From a virus (lineage: Duplodnaviria; Caudoviricetes), in IMG/VR virus record IMGVR_UViG_3300032221_000120, positions 1-31,634 of that record: a stretch of 31,634 nucleotides of DNA. One strand, 5' to 3'. Positions within the stretch are counted from its first letter, which is position 1. Each line of letters opens with the position of its first letter. Made by a program: the position numbers and the translations under genes. Shown here one piece after another: positions 1 to 7,473 of this stretch. The notes beneath the pieces are model-generated. The model did not search any database, was not told where the DNA came from, and worked only from the letters and a program-made list of their open reading frames with translations.

Positions 1-18
1 GATTTCGGGCCTCTGGGC

Positions 19-53
19 AAAGAAAAAGGGGAGCGCTGGCACCGCCCCCCTTT
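19..53 (-). terminator. Rho-independent terminator ending the late operon
   Basis: Minus strand reads AAAGGGGGGCG-GTGCCAG-CGCTCCCCTTTTTCTTT: GC stem with one G-U pair followed by a U tract, about 55 nt after the stop at 109. Confidence 0.75.
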
Positions 54-108
54 CCCCCTGGCAGGTCGCTTCCCGGAGCGGGGACCAATCCGCTCCAGGC
101 TCTCCCCC

Positions 109-633
109 TTACCGCTCGCGCGTAAGCCTGTCGAGCGTCTGGCTCTTGAACATCGAGCCGGCGCTGGAGCCGAAGTGGTAGGTCACGATGGCAACGAAGG
201 CAGTCCCGAGCGTGCCGAGCATGATCAGCAGCGCCTCGCCGCCGGCATCCGGCAGGCCCTTCTCGAGCATGCGAATCAGGATGCCAAAGAAGCCCGCCGT
301 GATCGCTACCGAGAGAAACTTGGGCGTCCAGTCATTGAGCGCCATTTCCTTCTTGCGGGCCGAGTCCCGGTCGCTTGCCGCGATGCGCTGCTCGTCAAGC
401 TCCAAGGCTCGCATCGCCTTGATGAAGTCCTGGTCGGCCTGCTTGAGCGCCAGTAGCTGCTCCTGGGTCGCGCCCCTGACGGCATTGGCAAGCTCTTCCT
501 CTGTGCCATCGGATCGGCCCAGGAACACCTCGGAGACGGTGCGAGCCGCGACGGCACCCATCGGGCCGCCCAGCGCGCCGCCCAGGACCGGAGCAATCGT
601 CCGCACCAGGGCCTTCCAATCGAAGTCAGCCAT
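109..633 (-). CDS. Holin-like membrane protein (resembles 3TM phage holin family)
   Basis: Start MADFDWKAL at 633 overlaps the upstream stop (TGATG); N-terminal APxLGxALGGPxG segment, DRDSAR motif, two C-terminal hydrophobic helices ending YHFGSS; last gene of the late operon. Confidence 0.55.
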   Translation of the reverse strand: MADFDWKALVRTIAPVLGGALGGPMGAVAARTVSEVFLGRSDGTEEELANAVRGATQEQLLALKQADQDFIKAMRALELDEQRIAASDRDSARKKEMALNDWTPKFLSVAITAGFFGILIRMLEKGLPDAGGEALLIMLGTLGTAFVAIVTYHFGSSAGSMFKSQTLDRLTRER

Positions 634-875
634 CACGCGACTCCCAGCATCGAGAGCGCCTTGGCCACCATGGGCGACTCTTCGTCCACGGGCGCCCATT
701 CGTTGTTAGGGTTCCCGTCGTCGGTTCGCCAGCCGCAGCACAGAAGGTCCATGCCGCTCATCTTGAAAAACCGGCCAGCGACGAACACCACGCGGACGCC
801 ATCCCAATCCAGGATGATGGGCTTGCCGCTTCGGATTTCAGGTGGGAGCGCCGCGACGGGCGATGATTCAGACAT
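633..875 (-). CDS. Hypothetical protein, 80 aa
   Basis: ATG at 875 (MSESSPV) overlaps the end of the upstream gene and its stop overlaps the next start; fills the gap exactly. Confidence 0.55.
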   Translation of the reverse strand: MSESSPVAALPPEIRSGKPIILDWDGVRVVFVAGRFFKMSGMDLLCCGWRTDDGNPNNEWAPVDEESPMVAKALSMLGVA

Positions 876-1410
876 GGGCTGTTCCTTCTGCCTGGGCTGC
901 CAGCATATCGACCGAGGCCAGAAGGGCCTCAATCGTGGTGGCGTTGTTGATGAGCACGTCCTCTTCGATAGACGCCTGAGAGTGCTCGGTGAAGGTGTCG
1001 GTGACCACCAAGCCTGGGCGCACCACGCGCCAGATGCTGCCGCCGGCCCATTTGATCGCCGCCGCCTCCTGCGGATAGCGCACGTCGTCCGCGACTATCG
1101 GCTCGCTTGATTCCGAGTCCTCCAGAACGCGCGCCCAGGCCGCTGCCGCGACGGTCGGGTGGACCAATCGGCTGCCCCAATGGTGGCGGAGCAGTTGAAG
1201 CGGGTGGTCAGGCGCAATCGACGGAAGGGGAGCCGCCGAGGATGAGCGCGCGAACATAGAAGGGTCGAGGCCCATGCCAGTGGTGAGCGCCGCCTTGATG
1301 CAGTCCGCAAAACGCAGACGGCGGTATCCGTGGCGACGCGCGAGGTGGTCGGCGACAAGAATCTTGCCGCTGCCTGCCACCCCGACGACACCGATGACAC
1401 GAGCCCCCAT
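868..1410 (-). CDS. Deoxynucleoside monophosphate kinase-like P-loop protein (possibly divergent)
   Basis: VIGVVGVAGSGK P-loop, FADxIK, DDVRYPQEAAAIK and C-terminal INN motifs typical of phage dNMP kinases; GGAGAGG RBS. Confidence 0.75.
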   Translation of the reverse strand: MGARVIGVVGVAGSGKILVADHLARRHGYRRLRFADCIKAALTTGMGLDPSMFARSSSAAPLPSIAPDHPLQLLRHHWGSRLVHPTVAAAAWARVLEDSESSEPIVADDVRYPQEAAAIKWAGGSIWRVVRPGLVVTDTFTEHSQASIEEDVLINNATTIEALLASVDMLAAQAEGTAHV

Positions 1411-1422
1411 GTCGCCTCTCCC

Positions 1423-2802
1423 TCAGTAAGCCGCGACCGGCACCCGCCGGCCATCTTTGATCGAAACAGTCACAGGCGCAGTGCGCGTATGGCCGACCAG
1501 CCCCCAGATGTTCTTGCGGTCCTCGCGCTGCGGCCCCTCAATGTGGATCGGCACCGCACCCGTCAGGAATTCAATGCCGGCGGCAAAGAAGGGCAGATTG
1601 TCGGAGTAGGAAGCGTCGCACGCCTTCTCCCAAAGCTCGCCCTCCAGGAACATGCACGCGCCCTTGCATAGCTGAAGGACCGGGCAGTCGGCGCACTCCT
1701 GCCGCTTGCTCCAATGCGTCGACGTATTCAGCCGCACCTCGCTTAGCCGATCCACAGTGCCGATCTTGTGGCTTTCGCCATTTGGCGCCTTGGCGACCGG
1801 AGACACGTTCTGGCAAGTGATCACCGCGCCCTTCAAGGTCACGGCAACCGTGTCGCTCCGATCCATGCCGCACTTCTGGCCCAGCGCCGTCGCAGGCCGG
1901 CCCTTGCGGATGCTGTCCACAAAGTCGCCAATCTTCTGCTTGGCGATCATGAGGTTAGAGGCGCCACCAGATCGAACCTCGGCAAAGGCCCGGCGCCGAT
2001 ACTCCATGTGCTCGTCGGCTTTAAGCATGGAGGCAAGGCCGCCTTCGTCGTATGGGTCAACAAAGGAGCCTTCGCCAATAGGCACATCGGCGCCGAAGCG
2101 GTCGACAAACCACGCCTGGACGCCAGCGCGAGACTGGTTGTCTCGGTGAATCATGGAATTGAAGCTGATCCGATTCTGCGGGCGCAGCCGCGCATACAAA
2201 TCACGGATCGCTGCCGCCCTTTCAGGATCGTCGAACGGGTCTGGCCCGCGCGTCGCTTGCCCTGGACCATCGTGCGAGATACCAACATGGAAGCCCAGCC
2301 GGTCCAGCCATTCGTTGATCTCAGGCGTGAGCAGCGAGCCGTTCGTAATGACAAGGAGTCGGGCGTCAGGCATGCGAAGCCGAAGCTGCTCAGCAAGCGG
2401 CTTGAGGGTCTTCCAATAAGCAAATGGCTCGCCGCCCCAGAATTCAATCTCGAGCCCCTTGCCCCGCCCATTCAGTCCCTTCATGTCAAACCAGGACGGC
2501 AGCTTCGCCAAGAACGGCTCAATCTCTCTAAGGCCCGCGTCCACCTCATGCGGCACAAAGCGCTGGGAACAGTAGGTGCAGGAATAATTGCAGGACAGGC
2601 CCAAACTGATCTTCAGCGTCTTGATGGCGCCCTTTGAGCCCGGCGCATCCCGCGACACGACCGCTGCTGTTCCCCATGATTGCGATTGCACCTCAGCAAT
2701 CGGCTTGCCATCGGCCCACGTAAATTCGCTGGACTGATTGTCATAAAGTAACCGGACGAGAGAATTGTCCGGCCTTTGTGCCACTATCGAAAACTTCGCC
2801 AT
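1423..2802 (-). CDS. Radical SAM enzyme with C-terminal SPASM domain
   Basis: CNYSCTYC (CxxxCxxC), FWGGEPF, ITNG, ISHDG; SPASM cysteines C-x13-G-x4-C ... C-x2-C-x5-C-x3-C-x11-C. Confidence 0.93.
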   Translation of the reverse strand: MAKFSIVAQRPDNSLVRLLYDNQSSEFTWADGKPIAEVQSQSWGTAAVVSRDAPGSKGAIKTLKISLGLSCNYSCTYCSQRFVPHEVDAGLREIEPFLAKLPSWFDMKGLNGRGKGLEIEFWGGEPFAYWKTLKPLAEQLRLRMPDARLLVITNGSLLTPEINEWLDRLGFHVGISHDGPGQATRGPDPFDDPERAAAIRDLYARLRPQNRISFNSMIHRDNQSRAGVQAWFVDRFGADVPIGEGSFVDPYDEGGLASMLKADEHMEYRRRAFAEVRSGGASNLMIAKQKIGDFVDSIRKGRPATALGQKCGMDRSDTVAVTLKGAVITCQNVSPVAKAPNGESHKIGTVDRLSEVRLNTSTHWSKRQECADCPVLQLCKGACMFLEGELWEKACDASYSDNLPFFAAGIEFLTGAVPIHIEGPQREDRKNIWGLVGHTRTAPVTVSIKDGRRVPVAAY

Positions 2803-2804
2803 GC

Positions 2805-3725
2805 TTACCCCACGTTTGCGATGAAGTCCGTCTCGCCCGGCCAGTTGCGCCAGCCGACTTTGACTCGGACCTTGCTTCCTGGCTCCAGCCCCAGAGCGCC
2901 AACACGAAAGCTGGCGCGACCCTGGGTCACTTTCGCCCGGAGATTAGGGCAGTAGCCGTCCACGTCCTCCAGGTAAAGCGTCGAGTTGCAGCGCATATCC
3001 ACCTCGTCCCGCTCGGGGTGCAGGACTTCAAGGTTCACGGTTGCATAAGAATCGGCTGAAATGGTTGGCCCGCTCAAACTGCCGGGTAGGTACGCGTAGG
3101 TGATCCCATTGGCCACGAAAGACGTGATCCGAATGCGCGGCCAAATATCAGCGGGAGAAGGCGTGCCTTGCACCCGCGCGATTGTCGGCCCGAGATTATG
3201 GTGATAGCCCATGGCTTCGCTGTACTTCACAAAAATTGTGCAGTCCTCAAGCGGGCTGTCGGCGTAAGGCTGGCAAATCGTCAAAACAGAATTCGCTTGC
3301 CGATCCGCGTAAAGCAGGTCTTTACTCGCGCGGGCTGGTAGGTACTCGAGCGCTCGATTGAATGGCGCATGAAAGCCGCCGTCAAACCTGTCTAGGAACA
3401 TCCAAGCGGCCCGATCCGAGCAAGCTGCGACCCCATTCATTTCAGGTTCGAACCGCCAGCAAACTTCGTCACAAAACCGGAAGCGACGGCTCTTGTCATT
3501 ATTTCCAGAGAAGATGTGGCCGGGATAAATCAGACTTCTGTCACGAGAAACCTGCCCGAAAGGAACGCCGTGCCGCTGGAGGTCAGCTTCAATCTGCTCG
3601 CTTGACGCCATGGTGCCGCTCGCCCCATCAGTCACCTCGAAGCTACGAACAGTGACCATTCCTTCTTTGATGACAAACGAATACGCCTTGGTCGTAGGAA
3701 CGAAATTGACTGTGTAAATCTTCAT
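2805..3725 (-). CDS. Hypothetical protein, 306 aa, partner of the radical SAM enzyme; beta-rich (Ig-like?) C-terminus
   Basis: GAGGAG RBS; ends 2 nt before the rSAM start; alternating beta-strand pattern in the last ~90 aa. Confidence 0.75.
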   Translation of the reverse strand: MKIYTVNFVPTTKAYSFVIKEGMVTVRSFEVTDGASGTMASSEQIEADLQRHGVPFGQVSRDRSLIYPGHIFSGNNDKSRRFRFCDEVCWRFEPEMNGVAACSDRAAWMFLDRFDGGFHAPFNRALEYLPARASKDLLYADRQANSVLTICQPYADSPLEDCTIFVKYSEAMGYHHNLGPTIARVQGTPSPADIWPRIRITSFVANGITYAYLPGSLSGPTISADSYATVNLEVLHPERDEVDMRCNSTLYLEDVDGYCPNLRAKVTQGRASFRVGALGLEPGSKVRVKVGWRNWPGETDFIANVG

Positions 3726-3833
3726 GCCGGAATCTCCTCTGTGACCGAGATCACTCGTTTGTGCGCAGTCAAAACACTATTCATGCCGATGCCTTCGGCG
3801 AAGAAAGTCTCAGCACTCTTGCTGTACAAGGCG

Positions 3834-4877
3834 TCAGCCGCAATCGCACGCCCCACCTGCGCAGTTGCAGGCCGTCAGCGACAAGGTGCCGTTCAGGCGG
3901 ATGGTTCCTCCATCGTCGTACAGCGCGTAACCGCCAGCCAGTCCATACCCGTTGCAGTTAGTCCCACCTACTCCACCGCAATTGGTCACCGCATTGAAGA
4001 AATAGTCATGCAGCCACCCATAGGCCGACGAAGCCATCAAGCCATCGTTGCGCGTGTATGAGATGTAGGTGCCAGCGCCGCCAAGAAAGCCGATCAGGTT
4101 ACTATTGGCGTGGATGTACTTGATGCCGTTCGGCGACTCGTCGTCGAGCATCTCAATCCATGAGGACGCGCCATTGCCTTCCCACACGCGCAAACGGGCG
4201 TTCTGAATCCAGAGGTTGCCAGTGATGGTGTCACCAGCACGGTTCGCAGGGGTGTAGCCCAGCCCGCTCGAGACGTCGGCTGCAGTTAGTGACACCGCCC
4301 CAGAGCGTCCATTGAATGACGCGACGATGCTCGGGTTTGCCGAGATGCCTGTGATCCTGCCTTTCGCATCAACGGTCACATTTGCCGCTTGATATGTGCC
4401 GGGCGTCACAGGGGTATTCGCCAAGGTCAAGGCGATGTTGGCATTGGCGCTCCCGTTGAACGACGCAGAGCCCGTGGCATCGCCAGTCAGGGCAATGTTC
4501 CTAGAGGTCTGGAGCGTAGTGGCGGTCGCGGCATTGCCGGTGATGTTCCCAGGCACTTCGCCGCTAGCGTTCCTTACCGGCACAGTATTGGCCGTAGTAC
4601 CAGTGTTGGCGTGGTAGCCATCCACCATGTCCGAGTTCACAGCCAAGTTCGCCGAGCCCGCGACATTGGCGATCTCGAGCCAAGTCGGCACCGTGTCCTT
4701 CAGCATGTAGAGCTTGTTCTGGTCCGTGCGGAAGCACGTCATGCCGACCACCAATCCGGTCGTCGGAAACGCGGTGCCAGAGAAATTGCTCTTCAGCGCA
4801 TCGTCGCGGTCCAGCAGCTTTTGCCGGCTTGCCGAGAGCGAGTCAGTAGCTGGAATGTCGGGATAGCTCTGAGCCAT
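3834..4877 (-). CDS. Tail fibre protein with Cys-rich C-terminal tip
   Basis: Fibre shaft motifs ITGNAATATTLQTSRNIALTGDATGSASFNGS, PGTY..VTVDAKGRIT, VASFNGRSGAVSL, LGYTPANRAGDTITGNL; ends TACNCAGGACDCG; GGAGG RBS. Confidence 0.88.
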   Translation of the reverse strand: MAQSYPDIPATDSLSASRQKLLDRDDALKSNFSGTAFPTTGLVVGMTCFRTDQNKLYMLKDTVPTWLEIANVAGSANLAVNSDMVDGYHANTGTTANTVPVRNASGEVPGNITGNAATATTLQTSRNIALTGDATGSASFNGSANANIALTLANTPVTPGTYQAANVTVDAKGRITGISANPSIVASFNGRSGAVSLTAADVSSGLGYTPANRAGDTITGNLWIQNARLRVWEGNGASSWIEMLDDESPNGIKYIHANSNLIGFLGGAGTYISYTRNDGLMASSAYGWLHDYFFNAVTNCGGVGGTNCNGYGLAGGYALYDDGGTIRLNGTLSLTACNCAGGACDCG

Positions 4878-4885
4878 GATGCCTC

Positions 4886-6433
4886 CTAATACCCAATCGC
4901 GGACCAGCTTACGGTGCCGGCCACCGCAGTCGCAGGGTTTGACGCTTGATAGAGCCGGACAAAAAAGCTGGTCGAGGTGATTGCAGAGATGGACGGGATA
5001 GCAAGCGAAGCACCGGCTGTCACCGTCACCTGAACCTCGGGCGGGACTGAATAGACCCGGTTAAATGAAATGGTCAGGCCGCCCGTTCCTACAGCGCTGG
5101 TGCCACGGTCGTGCAAGTCCTGAACGTCAGTCGTGGTTTTCGCCTGGATCACGGAGATGTCGGCATTCGAGCCATTCGACGGCTCCGTCACGATCCCGAT
5201 GAGTGCGTTCTGGAAGCGGTAGTCGCCGGGCAGGAATTGTTTCATCTCGCTGTAGCCTTCCGGGTGGCGTGTCGCCACGATCTTCAGAAAGTCAGCGAGG
5301 GTGATCGCAGCATTACGAATGGAGATGTCGCCATAGACCCCATTCGCGTTCCGAAGCAGCGCCTCTCGAAGCCCCAGCAGGGTCAGCGATAGCTTGGAGA
5401 TCGCGGTGCTCCTGACCTCCGCAATGCTGAACGACTCCGCATTGGCCTGGAGCCAGTTGATGAAGTCCGAGTAGGTTTCGACAAACGCCAGAAGCTCGGG
5501 CTCGACATTTTCGATGCTGCCGCTCCTGCCTTCGGCAAAGGCCAAGAGCGATGAGCGCAGAACACTGATGCTGCTGGAGTCGCTGTCGGCGATACTGAAA
5601 GTTTCTGAGAAGCTGCGCAAGAACGTCAGGTCGCTATCAAGCGATTCCGAAAGGCTTAGAGCACTGTCCCACAGGCGCTGAAAGATCACCTGCCAGACCA
5701 GCGCTTCGCTGACCGCAAAGACCTCGGCGAAGCCCTTGAAGGCTTGTGCAGCGCGCCCACTCAGCAACCCAAGCGTCTCCGCTTCCATGCGCAGGAATGC
5801 GGTGGCCCGCTGACTCTGCTCCGCAAGCGTGAACAGGCTGGAGAAAGGCTGCGTGGTGCTGTTTCCCAAGCCCTCGGAGACCACCAGAGCCTCGGCAAAG
5901 CTGCGGAAGAACGAGAGCGCGACGGTCGCAGCTTCCTGAATCGGGAGCGGCTCATTGGCGTTGCGCAGAAAGGTGGCCACCTCAGAGAACACCTCTGCGA
6001 CAGCCAATGTCTCGGCGGAGTTGCGCTCGATGGCAGAGGTGTCTGCGTCAAGCGTAAGCCAAGCCTCAGACAGCGCCTTAGAAGGGCTTGTGTCCTTGGT
6101 CTCCACAAAGTCAAACGACTCACCGACATCATTAAGCCAGTTCGCCAAGTCCGAGTAGGTCTCGACGAAAGACAAGCTCTCTGAAGCATTCAGCGCCCAT
6201 GATGCAACGTCCGCATAGACCGATGCTGTTGCGAACGCCTCGGCAAAAGACGATTGGAGATCGCGAGTACCAAGCGGAGCGAATGTCGGGGCGGTGTCCT
6301 CTTCTAAGATAGACCACTCATAAGCGGTGGCGGTCTCCCAGGTACGAAGGCTCGCACGCTGGTCGTTCCAGTCCCACGCAGACCCCACCCAAGTGAAAGC
6401 CTGGGTGGGGGTTTGAGTGATCGAGACAGCCAT
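4886..6433 (-). CDS. Minor tail / virion structural protein with degenerate internal repeats
   Basis: Position in the tail module; recurring E-x-[LF]-x-[FVL]-x-E units; C-terminal small beta domain (TISFNRVYSVPPEVQVT...VSWSAIGY) typical of tail proteins. Confidence 0.7.
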   Translation of the reverse strand: MAVSITQTPTQAFTWVGSAWDWNDQRASLRTWETATAYEWSILEEDTAPTFAPLGTRDLQSSFAEAFATASVYADVASWALNASESLSFVETYSDLANWLNDVGESFDFVETKDTSPSKALSEAWLTLDADTSAIERNSAETLAVAEVFSEVATFLRNANEPLPIQEAATVALSFFRSFAEALVVSEGLGNSTTQPFSSLFTLAEQSQRATAFLRMEAETLGLLSGRAAQAFKGFAEVFAVSEALVWQVIFQRLWDSALSLSESLDSDLTFLRSFSETFSIADSDSSSISVLRSSLLAFAEGRSGSIENVEPELLAFVETYSDFINWLQANAESFSIAEVRSTAISKLSLTLLGLREALLRNANGVYGDISIRNAAITLADFLKIVATRHPEGYSEMKQFLPGDYRFQNALIGIVTEPSNGSNADISVIQAKTTTDVQDLHDRGTSAVGTGGLTISFNRVYSVPPEVQVTVTAGASLAIPSISAITSTSFFVRLYQASNPATAVAGTVSWSAIGY

Positions 6434-6934
6434 CTAGTGCTGCCTCCGCGCACCGCTTCGGATCATCGAGACAGTTGCCGCGCTGACCAGGAAGCGTTTA
6501 GCGAGTGCCGCGCCAGACTCGGTTGAGGCGCGGATGAGATCGGCTTGCGCGTCAGTCAGCTTCGAGTTGTAGTGCTTCTGACCCTGCCGCGAAGGACTCT
6601 TGTAGCCGCGAGCCTGCCGGCCCTTGGCCACCATGTCGCGCATGTTGTCGCCCTGGGAACCAAGGCGCAAATGAGCCGGATTGCAGCACGCGCGGTTATC
6701 GCAGGTGTGCATCACCGACATGCCGGCGGAGATCGGGCCACAAACAAGGAAGTACGAGACACGGTGAGCGCGGAAGACTGCGGTCTTCATGTTCTCATCG
6801 CGCCCAGCAAACTGCCCGTAGCCTTTAGTAGTGCGTGAGGCAGTCCACGGCCAGCAAGCATTAGTGCCCGCTGACCGATCCACCTTTTCCCAGAACAACC
6901 TCGCGTTAAGGTTGTGCATGACGCAAAGGCTCAC
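6434..6934 (-). CDS. Free-standing HNH homing endonuclease (HNH_3-like) with C-terminal HTH
   Basis: FWEKVD..CWPW..GYG..AHRVSY..VMHTCDNRACCNPAHLRLGSQGDNMRDM; C-terminal SKLT..IR..LAKRFLVS HTH; start is GTG 6934 or ATG 6919. Confidence 0.93.
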   Translation of the reverse strand: MSLCVMHNLNARLFWEKVDRSAGTNACWPWTASRTTKGYGQFAGRDENMKTAVFRAHRVSYFLVCGPISAGMSVMHTCDNRACCNPAHLRLGSQGDNMRDMVAKGRQARGYKSPSRQGQKHYNSKLTDAQADLIRASTESGAALAKRFLVSAATVSMIRSGARRQH

Positions 6935-7464
6935 GACATCGTGAACGTAAAGGTCTGCGTGAGGCTGTCGTCCGCGCCTTTGTTGATCACCGAGAACACC
7001 ACGCGGTCGAGCATCGTGCCGGCAGAGGCCGCGTTGAAGACGCCTGCTTCTGTGATCGCCCCGGTTGCCACGCCAGCCGCGAAGGACGCGGAGAACGTGA
7101 AGACCTTTGTGTTGAGCGTATGAGCGAAGGTGGCGGCCTGACGATTAAGCTCGGTCACCAGAGCGGTCTGCGTCGCAGCGAAGGCGGTTGCGCCGGTGCC
7201 GACCGCAATGTGCGACATGGCAGCCGTCGCGCCAGCGGCGGAGCGGTTGCCGATGGCGTGCGAGATGAAGTCGAAGCCGGCATTGGAAATGCCGTTGTCT
7301 TTGCGCCGGACCTCAATAGCGCCGTCGCCGCGCATGAGGACACCTTCCCAGGTGCCGCGCAGGCCGAAGCGCTGGATCGGCTGCTCCCGCTCGCGCTCAC
7401 GACGAAGCCATGCCAAGGCATCATCAATGGTCTTCACGGTGATCATTGATTCGGGTTTGTGCAT
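6931..7464 (-). CDS. Minor tail / virion structural protein
   Basis: HIAVGTGAT..QTALVTE, ITEAGVFNAASAGTMLDR..F..INK motif common in phage tail-associated proteins; GGAGG RBS. Confidence 0.72.
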   Translation of the reverse strand: MHKPESMITVKTIDDALAWLRREREREQPIQRFGLRGTWEGVLMRGDGAIEVRRKDNGISNAGFDFISHAIGNRSAAGATAAMSHIAVGTGATAFAATQTALVTELNRQAATFAHTLNTKVFTFSASFAAGVATGAITEAGVFNAASAGTMLDRVVFSVINKGADDSLTQTFTFTMS

Positions 7465-7473
7465 CTGGGCCTC

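Noticed and set aside
634-699. Longer start for the holin-like ORF (699), and likewise 932 for the 80-aa ORF
   Set aside because: Both would overlap upstream genes extensively; the coupled starts at 633 and 875 fit better
3741-4061. Short plus-strand ORFs near the rSAM as a separate RiPP precursor peptide
   Set aside because: Opposite strand, overlapping the fibre gene, no convincing RBS; the Cys-rich fibre tip is the better candidate
3834-7464. Diversity-generating retroelement or invertase shufflon acting on the fibres
   Set aside because: No reverse transcriptase or recombinase in the window, and no template/variable repeat pair noticed by eye
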